From Strigamia acuminata (lineage: Eukaryota), in contig OX442314.1 in the NCBI GenBank assembly GCA_949358305.1, forward strand, positions 27,714,001 to 27,778,000: DNA of 64,000 nt. The letters run 5' to 3'. This document shows positions 37,101-49,606 of the stretch, in pieces (the first letter of the stretch is position 1; each line of letters starts with the position of its first letter). The position numbers and the translations under genes were made by a program. The notes under the pieces were generated by a model. That model did not search any database, was not told the DNA's origin, and saw only the letters and a list, made by a program, of their open reading frames with translations.

Positions 37101-40100
37101 CACAAACACTAAAAATTACTATTATTAATTACGATGGATGATTTATTTAAATTTTTTAACATTTTCTAAGGCAGAATTTAATGCTGAATTCATATTTTTT
37201 ATCAGAAAGATGCTGCAGGCTTTACTTTTTTGTCAAAACACAAAATAGTGCAAGTGACGGTAGTGGTGCTAAACTTTTGGCCACCACTGTAGTTCATGCA
37301 CCATCTGTTGAAAAGCACTGCATAAAATACTTGTAGACACGAAATGTGTCAAAGAACATCGGAAAAACAATGTCTGCCATCCAATCCCCAATGGGTCGAA
37401 AACTGTGGCAGTGATTGAATATACAGTAGATCGATTTGCATTGGATCAAAAGGCATTTGACAAACCTATTTTGAACCTGTTATACAGGGTGGAACAAAAG
37501 TCTGTTCCCCTCGAATATTTCCTGAGCAATTGCATCTAGGCCAACTTTGATGAAGCGATCATATAGGAAGTTGGGTGAGAGCAATCCAATGATGGCGTCA
37601 AATTTGACCTTGGAGGCCATTTTCAAGGTTATTCACTTGCTAACTTCTAAACCAATCAGGTTAGAGCAAAAAAGTCAATTACAAAGTTGAAGAGCACCAT
37701 TTGTTTAGTCAATATCCACTTTTAAATCTTATTGTTACCTTTTCTTATCTTGTGAAAAAAGTGAAAACATAAATTTCAAAACTTCCTCAGTTACTAGAAA
37801 AAAATCAAATCAAATCAAATTGAAGTTTTCTTTAACTTCTGTATTAGAATAATGAGGATAAGGAAAGGATAATTAGTCCAGTATTTGCTCAATGTGCCGA
37901 CCACCAGCACCAAGACACAATTCTGCTCGGTTTTGTGTAGATTTGTACACTGCATCGATTGTTTGTGGTGTGATTCCAGCACATGCTGCTGTTATTCGAT
38001 CTTTGATTTCATCTATAAATGCTGGCTGAGTTTTGTAGACAACATCTTTTACATGACCCCAAAGAAAGAAGTCTAATGGTGTTAGGTCAGGAGATCTTGG
38101 TGGCCATGCTATTGGCCCTCCTCGTCCAATCCAATGAACTCCAAATAAGGCATTTAAATGCTGACGAGAAGCAAGTGCGAAATGTGGAGGGGCACCGTCA
38201 TGTTGATACCACATTTGACGTGCCGAGGCCAGTGGTAAGTTGTCAACATACTCCTCAACTGTATTTGTCAAGATGAGATCACAATAACGCTGGCCTGTTA
38301 AAGTGCCATTGAAGAACACAGGACCAATGATTTCTTTGTTGTAGATTCCACACCACACATTACAGCGCCAATTTACTTGGTGTGCTACTTGGCGTAACCA
38401 TCTAGGATTTTCTGAAGCCCAATAATGGAGATTGTGTCTGTTGACAGTTCCATTGCGTGAGAATTGGGCCTCGTCTGACCACAAGACTTTTTGAGGAAAC
38501 AGTTCATCATTATCAGTTTGGGTTAGGAACCAGTCACAATACTCTGCTCGAGTATTGAAATCAGTTCCATGAAGTTCTTGGTGGCAGTGTAAATGGTATG
38601 GATGGAAATGATTGGTGTGCAGTACTCTTAACACAGATGTATGGGCACAACCAACATCATTAGCAATTGCTCTGCTGCTGAGATGTGGGTTTGCTCCTAC
38701 TGCTGCCAGAATTGTTGTGCTCATGTCATCATTTGTCACTGTTCTTGGCCGACCTTGTCGAGGACGTGACTGTACACTTCCCGTTTCCCGGAATCTCTGA
38801 ACAATTGATCGAAGTGTTCGTGGTACTGGATGACGTCGATTTGGATATTTTGCACTGTACAACCTAGTTGCGGCTGCACCATCTTCATTTGCTGCACCAT
38901 AGCAGAACATCATGTCTACCATTTCTTGGTTTGTGTATTCTGACATAATGTCTGAAATTTGGATCTGGAAATTTTTTGAGTTTTTCTGGGAAATGAACGT
39001 GAGAACTTTGTACTGAAAAGCAAGCACTTATTAGGATCAGCTTGTAATGAATCGCGTTTCTAAGATTAAATTAGACACGTTTTGAAATGCAGTATCTCAG
39101 GAGCCTGGTTTGAGTACCTGCCCGGCAGTCAATGTACACCGGAAGTTGGTGGCATACACTCCAAATACCTCTAGTCTTTACACAATTTTATTTTTTACCG
39201 GGCCTTACCAAGCCTTAAAAATGGAGACAGAAATGTTGAAACCAAAGAAATTTGGAAATTGACGCGTACTGACCAAGCAAATGCAAGGCAGCACGCCCGA
39301 AAAGAAACTAGACACGGAAATAATGGCTACATAAATCTTGCCCTATTCTGAGGCACACGTCACGTTGCTAAAATAAACAAAGGGAAAAAACAAAGGAATT
39401 CAAATGGAATAAAAACGAACGAAATGCGTATTCAAATGTGGTGAAAATGGAAAAAACTCAGTGGTCAGGAAATTGGTCCACACTGAGCAATGGGAAAGCA
39501 AAATATCAGCTCCCAAGTGAATTATGCAGGCTTGTGAGAATACCGGCTAGTTAAAGCTCTTACACATTCAAAGCTCAAAGCACAACTGACTTGAAAAAGG
39601 AAAAAGAGGTGAGAGCTAAACTTGGTCCAGAATAGACTGGGCCAAGCTTAACCAATCACGGAAAGGTCAGGAAACCAATCAAATGCATCGGTGCATACCA
39701 AATGGGTATGACTCATGACGATGCATTGAAGGTTTAGAAATATGCAAAACAAAACATAGAGAAAAGAAAGTAAACCAGGAAAGAAAGGTCGAAATTGAAA
39801 CAAAATAAGAAAAAGTTAAGAGAAACTAACATAACAAACTTCAACACAAAATAAGGTAGGACTAGGAATTAGGTTTAATGAACGAACAAAACAAACAATG
39901 CACGAATTATGCCAACAAAACAATTGGAAACACAGGGGAAAAAGCGCGTAGAACTCGTGCGCGTATCCCTGGACCGTGACAAGCTGAACTGACAGTTAAG
40001 TTTTTATGTTCAGTTAACATGCTTAGTTTCTGATTTTTTTTGTCACATTTTTTTTTGAGTTTTGAAATTTATATTTTCACTTTTTTCACATGATAAGATA

Positions 40101-43100
40101 AGGTAACAATAAGATTTAAAAGTGGATATTGACTAAACAAATGGTGCTCTTCAACTTTGTAATTGACTTTTTTGCTCTAACCTGATTGGTTTGGAAGTTA
40201 GCAAGTGAATAACCTTGAAAATGGCCTTCAAGGTCAAATTTGACGCCATCATTGGATTGCTCTCACTCAACTTCCTATATGATCGCTTCATCAAAGTTGG
40301 CCTAGATGCAATTGCTCAGGAAATATTTGAGGGGAACAGACTTTTGTTCCACCCTGTATAGACTGTGCTAGTGCTAGATCAAACTAGTCCTTTCTACTAA
40401 ATTCAATCATTTACAGGATAATTGTGCATAAAATGTATTTTCTTGACAGAACCTAGGAATAAAAGCAAATGTATCTTGGAGCAAAATAGCTATGCACACA
40501 GGAACATGTTATCAATCTCGAATAGGTGATTAAAATTTTTTACAAAAATTATAATTGTATAACCATTACTACCGTCTTTCCCCGAATACAACACCATGGT
40601 GTTGTATTCGAATACAACACCAGGGTGGTCTTATATTGGAATACATCACTGTGGTGTTGTATTCGAATACAACACCAGGGTGGTCTTATATTGGAATACA
40701 TCACTGTGGTGTTGTATTCGTCAAATAACATGTAAGTTTGTAAAAAAAAGAAAATTGCTTCCCAAATTGATTTATAAACATGATAGCCTCTAACAACATA
40801 AGGGTGCGTTTGGATCGGTTTAGATCGGTTTTTTAAAAAATCCGACCCAATTCAAAAAATTGCGGATGGGTAAATTGATGATTCAATCCTATCCGAAAAA
40901 AAATGGCGTTCTATCCAATCCTATCCGCATTCAATTCAAACCGAATGCGGATTTCGGATCGGATTGAGTTCCAAATTTCACATTTCGCAATACAGTGTAG
41001 GCTGCGTAGCCCGGACATAGCACCATCCGGACAGCTGTGTGGTCCGGACAGTTTGGAGGGCCTGATTTAGTCCCATCCACTACCCAGCAATATTAAATCT
41101 CCTCTCCCATCCGGACATTCCCTAGACCGGACAAGTTTCTGGGTCCCGTCCTATGTTCGGGCTACGCAGCCTACACTGTAATGTTGAAATAAGTTTTAAA
41201 AAAAGTATTGTTTAGTTTTATTGAAAATTCCAAAGATTTAATTGAACATTAGAACTTAGAAGTTAGGAAATAAAAATTAAAAATTAGAAAATTATAATGA
41301 GAAACTTGGCAGATTGAATTTTTTGACTATTTCAATTTTATCCATGATTTCAAGCACATGGAGGCAGTTATGCTTTCTTTGGATAACGTTCTGCGATTTG
41401 GAGGAAGCAAATCAACTCCACCAGAAAACTCTCTCTCTATTGGAACTAATGTGACGATATGGCACTTATATACCGGAAAAACGAAATACAAACGTCCTAT
41501 AAACGAAACTATGAAAGCATATAGACGAACATGCACGTCCTAAACACGTTATTTTTATTTCATCAGCAAAAAAAAAATTGGATTATATGAATCGGTTTCG
41601 GTTTTTTCAAACATCCCGATCCGAAATGTACGGATAAAAATCTGGAATATCCAATCCGATTAAAAAAAACGGATTGCTTTGAGGCCATCTGAAACTGACT
41701 CAATCCAATCCGAATTCGGTTTGAATCGGATTGCATTCGATCCGACCCCACCCTTAAACAACACTAACTAACTTGAATTCACACATTTCTAAACAACCCT
41801 GTTTGCACCACTGCACAACACACCTTCAATAAACAAATTTGTTAAATGTGTATGTTTAATATGTAAAATCCAGTGCACGTTTCGGTAGCGTTTTGGAAGC
41901 GTGCACTGTACGTCTTTCATAGTTTTCTAAAAATTCGAATATAACACTATGGTGTTATAGCTGAAGTAGTGATAAATTCGAATTTTTGCTCAATGTTTAC
42001 AAACTTGCCATTTTGAGCAAAACTCGAATACAACACAATGATGTTATATTCGGGGGAAGACGGTAGTGTAATGACCTTATTTTCTTAGAACCACTAACAT
42101 ATGCAGGAGTTGCTTCAGCAATATTTTTTAGTTTTCGACCAAACAAAGATCAAATCTGTAAGCAAAATGAGTATGAGGTAATGAACACGTTCCATTTGTC
42201 ATCAACTCTTGAATTTTGCACGGGACTCGAATAAATACACAAGTTGCACAATACTTATCCAGCGGGCGGACAAGAATCGCCGTCAAGAGTCATAGTAATT
42301 CATCATTTTGATAAATTACTGAAAACATTTGCAGTAAGCACTGAGATGAAATGTACTGTCACGTGCACAGTTTTCATCCCTTTTCTAATTTATCAGATTT
42401 TTCCATTTTATTATTTTTCTAAGTTAACCTATTTTTATTTCTATTATTTCTGCAAGTGATCTTTTATAATGTATGCGCAGATAATTCTTTGCGCATCACA
42501 TTATTTTCTGATTCATCTTTAGTTCTGCCCCACCCCTGATCACAATTGACATTACCTGCCAATCATGTGATCAGAGCTGATTTCTGGGCTAACAGACCTG
42601 TAAAATTCACTTTCTGGCTTGATTGTCGACAGAATACATCTCTCTGGACTTTCAGTTAGTTAGTCACTCTTCTTTTAAACCCTGGCACAACACAGAACCT
42701 TGGTTAAAACCCAAGTCATCTGCTAGTGCAGGGTTTCCCAAACGGTGAGGCGCGCCTCACTGGTGGGGCGCGAGCTGATTATTGGTGGGGCGCACCCATC
42801 ATACATGCCTAAATAAAACAAGCTTATTTTGCAAACTTTTATAAATTTTTAACCAAAATTATACAAAATTATATAAAAAATTATACAAAGTTTTATGCAA
42901 CTTTATATTAAAATTTCTTTTTTTCTTTTTAGTAGTATATTTTTTAAAAATTTAATGCACTGGTAGATGAAGTGAGGCGCAGAAGATCGCCTTGCTTAAA
43001 AAGTGGGGCGCGATGCTAAAAAGTTTGGGAACCCCTGTGCTAGTGCATTTAAAGGTGGATTGCACAACTGAATAAGCCTTTTCTTTGTGCCTTAGACCTC

Positions 43101-44928
43101 CTCTCCCCCTGTAACAAGGTCGTAACAAATTCACAAACCCCCCCCTAGCACTAGAACTGCCAGAGGGGTCATTTTGACCCGTCTGGCAGTTTGTCAGAAA
43201 TGAGTTTTCTAGATATTCTGAAGGTTATTATTAAAATTGTGTACATTTATAGTAATTTAAGCCAATTTTCTACATTTTGGACATCTAAAAATAACAGCAT
43301 TGTAAACCCATTGGGCTTATTTCTACAGTTGTTTTAAACTGCCAAAACCGCTCTGGCAGTTCTAGTGCTAGAATATTACGTAACAAAACTCACCACTCTC
43401 CCCCCCCCCCCCAAAAAAAAAATATTTTTTTTTGATACAAGCTTTTCCAAAATTTTACAAAAATGTAAAAAAAATATTCAAAAATATAAAAAAAAATTTC
43501 AAAAATTTTAAATATTTTACAAAAATTTAAAATTCACAATAATAATAAATTAAAACAATAAAAGTAAAAATTTTACTTTTTGTTACGTAACATTATTAAG
43601 AACCCCCTCCCCCCCCCCTTGGAGCGTTACGTAATTTATGGACGGCCCCTTAAACAAGCGCACTCCATCCAATTTCTAACTGTATCGTGCCTATTTCCCC
43701 ACTATGTTAAGCCATGGTTAGTGATCATTCTCCATCCCTAATGAAGTTTGAGACCTGAGTCAAACCCGTTCTTTTAGGTTAGTCAACACTAACAAAACAC
43801 TCAAATCTTGCAAATACAAAATAGTGTTGTAAACTTCAGCGAATTGGGATTTCTCGACCGCCTGACGTCCTTATTAAATGGCAACCATCTTTGGGACTTC
43901 CCACGAACCTGGATCCACGCGCAAACCTCCACTTGCGCGTAGTAAACTTATTTAAATCCACCACCAACCAGATTGAACGTGACAGTACTTACACCAGCTT
44001 GTATTTTTTTTAACTGTAGGGGTGTTTGATCAGAATTGACTTCATGCTAAATTTTAAGATTACGGTAACTGTAGTTTTATTTCTGTAGGTGTACTTTAAA
44101 CAAAACAAAGCAACAATTCCATCAATTCCCTCAATACTAAGAAGCAGAAGAAGTATTAAAACAAACACGTTTACAATTCTCACATTCAAAATGTTTAAAG
44201 TACGTTTGCAGACGATTATACTGTATAAACAAAACTGCTAAATCGATTGTTTTAATTTAGACCATTCGATTAAATCTAAAATCTCAACCTTGCCTTGACC
44301 ATGACAAATACATGAGATGCCAAGATGATTGCTACGAAAAAAAGATTTATAATATAATTCAGTGCAAGTGAGTATTTCTTTTTCTTTTTACATATATGTG
44401 ACATTTAGGGAGTTATTGTATGAGTGGTGGTCATCACTTCTCACACTTGTAAAAATCTGTGTTTTAGACATTAAGAAAAACAACAGATGAAATTTTTTAA
44501 CTTTATATGATGTAGTTTGCAATACATGTTATTTAAATATTTTTAGGTTACCATTTTTGGTCAACATCAATAAGAATAATTGCACCAACTTTCAAGACAT
44601 TAAAACTTCACTGGCATTGTTCATGAACAGTTCATTAACTACCAATACAATGATAGACTGCGGTTGTCATCCACCTTGTGAAGAGCCAGTGTTTGACACA
44701 TTCGTTTTCTTTCAAGACACAAAAGCATGGCCAGTCAAAATTCTCGCTATAATTCCAATGAACAACATAATTGAAGAGATTAAGCAAATATTATCCTACA
44801 CTGAAGTTGCATTGTGCTGCGACATTGGAAATTGTTTTTCACTAATGCTTGGCCTTTCAATTCTTGCAATTCCACAGCTATCACAAAAAATAGTTTTGCA
44901 ATTTATGCGACTGACCAGAAAAAACTGA
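28105..44928 (+). CDS. DEG/ENaC double-subunit channel gene, copy B; 12 exons, 834 aa
   Basis: Exons 28105-28599, 28678-28795, 29193-29269, 30526-30615, 30748-30860, 30922-31103, 31168-31832, 40450-40525, 42089-42177, 44089-44199, 44261-44367 and 44547-44928 have the same lengths and phases as copy A, with GT-AG sites and no stops seen. Confidence 0.87.
28830..29143. mobile_element. pogo/Tigger-type MITE in copy B intron 2
   Basis: TA|CCGTATAT...ATATACGG|TA; absent from A and C; related partial copy at 22370-22505. Confidence 0.75.
29599..30212. mobile_element. Solo LTR family 1 (opposite orientation) inserted in the intron-3 MITE of copy B; deleted remnant at the same site in copy C (54100-54292)
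   Basis: Reverse-complement similarity to 26583-27168; absent from copy A. Confidence 0.7.
32446..33526. mobile_element. Two related hAT-type MITEs side by side (32446-32982 and 33004-33526)
   Basis: TAGACCCCGGAT...ATCCGGGGTCTA with 8-bp TSD CAAATAAA; the second copy has its own 8-bp TSD GATATTAA. Confidence 0.85.
33868..34557. mobile_element. MITE with inverted subterminal arrays of GTCGCC/CATTTC units (MULE-like)
   Basis: TTCATTTCGTCGCC repeats on the left are mirrored by GGCGACGAAATGA repeats on the right. Confidence 0.55.
34635..35405. mobile_element. Tc1/mariner MITE related to the rosa-type element
   Basis: TA|CAGGGTGTCCC...GGGACACCCTG|TA with long TIRs; internal TIR sequence closely matches the TIRs of 37485-40356. 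Confidence 0.85.
35445..35999. mobile_element. Solo LTR, family 1
   Basis: TGTG...GTCACA ends, 4-bp TSD AATT. Confidence 0.75.
36250..36673. mobile_element. pogo/Tigger-type MITE
   Basis: TA|CCGTACCGCCCCGTTTAAA...TTTAAACGGGGCGTTACGG|TA. Confidence 0.75.
36700..37291 (+). mobile_element. Tc1 transposase remnant with right TIR
   Basis: Frameshifted IKGIMDQYTYKKVLED / MLPFEDDKLSLTWIFQQENDSKHT (Tc1 WxFQQDNDPKHT motif); ends AACTTTTGGCCACCACTG|TA. Confidence 0.65.
37873..38946 (-). CDS. DD41D transposase (357 aa), intact ORF
   Basis: N-terminal HTH region (YTNQEMVDM..YG). Catalytic motifs WSDEA, YQHDGAPPH and SPDLTPLDFFLWG, with 41 residues between the second and third Asp. Confidence 0.9.
   Translation of the reverse strand: MSEYTNQEMVDMMFCYGAANEDGAAATRLYSAKYPNRRHPVPRTLRSIVQRFRETGSVQSRPRQGRPRTVTNDDMSTTILAAVGANPHLSSRAIANDVGCAHTSVLRVLHTNHFHPYHLHCHQELHGTDFNTRAEYCDWFLTQTDNDELFPQKVLWSDEAQFSRNGTVNRHNLHYWASENPRWLRQVAHQVNWRCNVWCGIYNKEIIGPVFFNGTLTGQRYCDLILTNTVEEYVDNLPLASARQMWYQHDGAPPHFALASRQHLNALFGVHWIGRGGPIAWPPRSPDLTPLDFFLWGHVKDVVYKTQPAFIDEIKDRITAACAGITPQTIDAVYKSTQNRAELCLGAGGRHIEQILD
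39043..39981. mobile_element. Solo LTR nested inside the rosa-type transposon, upstream of the transposase
   Basis: TGTAATGA...CCGTGACA ends, 4-bp TSD AGCT. Confidence 0.7.
40572..42063. mobile_element. pogo-type MITE containing a deleted hAT element (40799-41756), which contains a Tc1-type MITE (40993-41178)
   Basis: Outer TA|CCGTCTTT...AAGACGG|TA. The middle element has TAAGGGTG...CACCCTTA ends and a hAT dimerization-domain fragment (IEREFS..NRRTLS..SMCLKSW, minus strand). Inner TA|CAGTGTAGGCTGCG...CGCAGCCTACACTG|TA. Confidence 0.8.
42357..43984. mobile_element. Solo LTR with nested hAT MITE (42729-43037) and piggyBac-like MITE (43149-43367)
   Basis: TGTCACGT...ACGTGACA with TSD GTAC, and the site is empty in copy A. 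The hAT MITE has TSD TGCTAGTG; CACTAGAACTGCCAGAG...CTCTGGCAGTTCTAGTG is flanked by CTAG. Confidence 0.8.
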
Positions 44929-46373
44929 AATCTGCCATCACATTCACATAATATACACTGATATAAATAAAAAATTCAACAACAATTAAATCTAAAGCAC
45001 ATCCTATAATACGCACGTAAATAAATAATTAAATAAATATAACAAAAATCAACACACAGACGATGGTACAAAGGAGCATGGCTAACGGTCACTAATCCAC
45101 ACAATGCAGCTAAACTTTGCTATAAATCACCCACAAACTCAGTTTCACATAAGAAACAACTTTAAATATTATCTTTTAATTTGACATAAACTCGGACGAC
45201 TTTTGTCAGCATAACATACTGTTGTCTGTTGTTTCACAAACGTTTAGTTGTTATAGAGTGGGAAAAGATCTTTAAACATGTTTAAAAACTAAAAAGTGTC
45301 ATTTCAGAAGAATTTAGCCTCTCGGTTTGTATTTTAAGACATTAATTTTTCAACTACTACTACTGTAATATAATATTCTATCTATTACATCATGCGATTA
45401 TGGACTTTACCCATATTATATATTTTTAATCTTATAAATTGATCCTCCGATAGGATGAGTGGACTACGCTAACTACCGGTAGTTACGCTATCCTATTATA
45501 CTGTGCTATTATACTATACTACACTATATTATTAACTACACTACTACAGCACTATTTATTATTCCGTAGTATTTATATTTATTAATCAACTCTGTTTTTA
45601 CTTTCCATTTTATCGTTTCTGCAGCAATTTAATCCATAGTTGTTGCATACATTTTTTTTAATTGCTATTCCCAGTCAGTCCACCTCTTAAAATTAACTTC
45701 ACAATCAAATAACAAACTTATTGTTAAAACTACCATCTTTTACTTTCATCGGTTTGAAAATTTTTAAATTTTTTTATACTGTCGACATGGGATAATTTGA
45801 TCCCTCATTTGCCTCTGTGATTGAATTGACTACATCAACCCGACTACGTCAACGGTAAAACTATAAGATACAACTAAATTTCACAATAGTTGATCGTTTC
45901 TTACGTTTATGATAATGCTGATTGACGTTGTTGCTGAATCAGATGTATTAGCTACGGAGCGCCATCTATTTTTTTCATTTTTCACGTCGTTGCAATGTCT
46001 GTTAAAATAAAAACATGTGTTATTATATATGGTATATTCTATTTGATTGTTAAATTATTATTACTCCCTTCATTTGCGTCGCATTGAGTTAAACCGGCAG
46101 CCGCCATTAAAAGTTGTCGTGACGTAGTAGTCAAAGTGTTTTATGCGCATGCTCGATAGCGCATTTTTTTTTCCTGTAAAATAAAATAATAAAATAAAAT
46201 ACCGAACATAATAAACACAGCCTTTGGTATATTATATTTTCAAGCATTTTCGGTCTATCCATTATGGGTTTTGGATTTTTCTTACCAGATAAAAAAAATG
46301 GCGGCAGTTTCAAATAAATACTGCACAAATTCATGTGTGAACAAGCTAAAGCAAAGAAAGGTTTGCATCTTAG

Positions 46374-46560
46374 CAGGGTCGGCTCAGACGTCGGTTTTTC
46401 GGACCCCAGAACGAGGCCCCGCGCTCACAGGGGCCCCGCACTTTCGAAAGTAAAAAATTGAAAAATAAAAGGTTAAAATAAATTCTTTTTTTTACAAATA
46501 CACTTTGGGATCCACTAATATCTTTTTACCGAGGCGCTGCAAAACCTGCAGCCAGCCTTG
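46374..46560. mobile_element. hAT-type MITE
   Basis: CAGGGTCGGCT...AGCCAGCCTTG with 8-bp TSD CATCTTAG/TATCTTAG. Confidence 0.65.
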
Positions 46561-46899
46561 TATCTTAGCAAGATAAAATGAAGATACAGTGCATACATTT
46601 TTATTTCTTCTCGCATTTTCTCTTGTCTTACGGCAACTGCCACCTCATTGGTTACAAAGAAATTTGAAAAAATTGAAATTACTCGATATATTTCTTCCAT
46701 TTTTCAAACTTGAAGAAATTCAGATGACCAAAACGAGACAATAATCCAAAATAAATTTTATTTATTTATTTATTATTATTATTATTAATAGAAGTGTACG
46801 AATACGAATAGAAGTATTGTTGGGTAAACAATGATACTCCGATATAAAAGAAACGAGTGAAATGTTTATTCTTGGATGAAAATTAAAATGGCGCATCTA

Positions 46900-47830
46900 C
46901 ACGACCGTGACTTGCGATCGAGATACATTTCTAGAATAGCAACAAAAACGCATGTGTCGCGTGGATGATTAAATACGTCGTAATAACATCATACGAAATT
47001 ATAAAGTCACATCGTACACGTACAGTCATAAAAGAAAATACATCACAAATACTAGTACACGACACTAAATAATATAAACTGTTCCGTATAAATTACATGC
47101 ATAAGACAAATATCGTTTTTGGTTTAATATACCACAAGAATTACTGCCCATTTCTTTCGGCATCCCAAGGGCAACACTCTAGAAAGAGTACAATCGTGCG
47201 GGAGAACGTGCAACTGCTTCACTAATCAACAAATGTTGAAATGTGTTGCACTCAGTGTTCCGGTTCAACTCCAACAAATCGTATACGGTTTCGTCGTCCA
47301 AATGTTGCAGTTTAATCTTCTGCAATAACCGAACGGCAGCACGCTCTCTATTCCGATCGCCGTTGCATTTCCACTTGAAAATGCACCGAGCGATCGCATT
47401 GGAGCAAGAAACGTCGTTGCCACATTCAATTAAATAACTCTTTTCGGATTCACTCAACAATTGAATGCTTTCACTCCCTGCAAGTGCCTCAATGTTACTC
47501 AGAAATTGTAATAATTTACAATCTCGTCGGCAGAGATCGTATTGAGTGGCCAAACTCCAAACTTTGGGGAACGTTTCCACACTGACGTCATCAGCTAATC
47601 GGTCCCAGCAATGGCGAAGCAAATCATGAATTCGCATCAAATGACAGGTGGAAATTAACTCTGTCAGCAGACGGTAAGTCACAAACCACTCATTACAATT
47701 CTCAGAAATCTCATGAATTATTTAAAATACAGAGTAGTAATTACTTGTCAACTTTCACAAAACATCAATATAGCTGCAATGCGGTGTTTTTCAGTGGATC
47801 GAGTGCCACGTTTTCACCTGAGTGGACTTT
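46900..47830 (-). pseudogene. Degraded BTB-BACK-Kelch-like gene
   Basis: ORF 47179-47682 resembles the end of a BTB domain plus a BACK domain (LLRHCWDRL..VSVET..VWSLATQYDL..IFKW...RE...LLQKIKL). Past the stop the frame continues into Kelch-like KRYLSYACNLYGTVYII with further stops, and the upstream BTB part is broken. Confidence 0.55.
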
Positions 47831-48322
47831 AAAACCGTATGTATTTTTTCATGTCTATATTCAATTCATTATGAGCTTATGAGAGAGATATTCAATTATA
47901 TTCGAGTTTTGCAAATCTGGATCAAATCATAGTAAAAAAAAAGCACTGGATTTGCAAAATAACATTCAAATTTATGTGAATCCCACTCTCTCAATACTAT
48001 CAATAGTCAGTATTTCAACAAGAATGTAATTATCACACGGTTTTAAGTTCTGTTTTTTTTTTAATGAAAGACATCAGTTGCATTAATTTCGGATTGCTGT
48101 GACAACCGAAGCTACGACATTTGCCCGAATGCACCGTAACGTGTTTTGAAAGGTTCCTGAATAAACCAATCAGAACGAGCGGTGTAGCATGGGTTGCCAT
48201 CAAGCGGAGCAAAACTGGTATTGTGCTCCCCTACCCAGGTAGTATTCCCTTCCACCTTGGCACAAGAGGTGCCCCCTTAGGACTCTGAATTTCATGGGCC
48301 CCTAATTCCAAAAATAAAATAT

Positions 48323-48864
48323 TGTGACGGTCTGGTCTTACCCATGGTAACCTGGGGTGGAACGCATTCTCACGTAAAATAAGACAAGGACTCCAGATTG
48401 TTGGGTTGTTGTCCTTTAATCGTTGTCTAGGGATTGGAGTCTCCAGTCTACCCACGTGTTGGCAAAGGCACGCCACACCAGCAACTGACCTGTCACACAC
48501 AGGGAGGGATGCCCATGAATGACGTGGCGGGTTGGACATAACTATTCTGCTGTACTCACCTGTACAGCCCATGCAACTGCTTATGGAGGCTGTGGTGGTA
48601 TTGACGTCTCACCACTGAGCGTCGCAGTGATGAATAGGGAGGAAAGCTGAGTCAGCACTGAGCACAACTGCTTTTGCTGGCTTCAGGACTTCAATTCACA
48701 TGTCTGTCTCAGTTGAGACCCAGCGCTTTTTTCTCTCCCTGCACCACTCAGCTCCCTCCTTCTTCGTACTGGGTAATCCAACTCCGCGAGGAGGGGTGAC
48801 CTTGGGGCTATTGGGCGGAGTGTGGTAGTGCCGCAAGTCACACTTGGATGGCCAAGCGGCTACA
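48323..48864. mobile_element. Solo LTR, family 1 (diverged)
   Basis: TGTGAC...GCTACA ends, TSD ATAT/AAAT, similar to 26583-27168. Confidence 0.65.
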
Positions 48865-49051
48865 AAATTAAGCAATTGCAAAGGGACACAGTCTATACTG
48901 TGCCAAACTTAGAACTACGGATACATCCGGAGTGAGATAAAAGAATGTTTGGTTTGTTTATTTAAATGAGGTAGTGTGAGTTGAGAGTGAGGTTTTGTTG
49001 TTGTTTGTATTTGCTATGAGTATTGGTTTGTGATCCCAGAATTATGAGATA

Positions 49052-49310
49052 CCGTATTTTACTGAATAAGAGTCGCCCTCGAATTGTAGCTGCCCTCGAA
49101 TAAAAGCCGCGACTAAGAGAGGCGACTTGAAATAAGAGTCGCCCTCGAATACTAGCCGCGGCTTATGTTACGTTCAATGAACGTAACATTGACATTGGCC
49201 ACTATTTGAAATAAAATCCGCCCCCGAATTGGAGCCGCCCCCGATTTGGAGCTGCGGCTTAAAGTGCCCGTTTTGAATAAGAGCCGCGGCTCTTATTTGG
49301 TCAAATACGG
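49052..49310. mobile_element. pogo/Tigger-type MITE
   Basis: TA|CCGTATTT...AAATACGG|TA with internal GCCGCCCTCGAAT repeats. Confidence 0.75.
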
Positions 49311-49606
49311 TACTCTATGATGTAGGAACATAGATTCCAACTGCCAAAAAGTTTAATGAAATAATGAAATATGGATATACAAGTACTGCTGTTGCTTCTA
49401 TGTTGCTGTTGCAGTTTTTATAACTTAATATTAATATTTTATGTGTTTACACTTTCAAACCAAAATTATAAATTTGATTTGGAAGAAACCTGTCAGGAGA
49501 AAATAATAACACGGGAAATGAGGCATCATTTTGACAAGCTAGAATTAAAAAACACAAAGTCTTGGAGTTGTTTTTGAGATTTTAGTTGGATTTTACGAGA
49601 ATCATA

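Larger units (their letters stand above)
37485..40356 (-). mobile_element. Full-length Tc1/mariner superfamily transposon, DD41D (rosa/Visitor) type, in copy B intron 7
   Basis: ~300-bp TIRs starting CAGGGTGGAACAAAAGTC, TA TSD, absent at the matching site in copy A. Confidence 0.92.
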
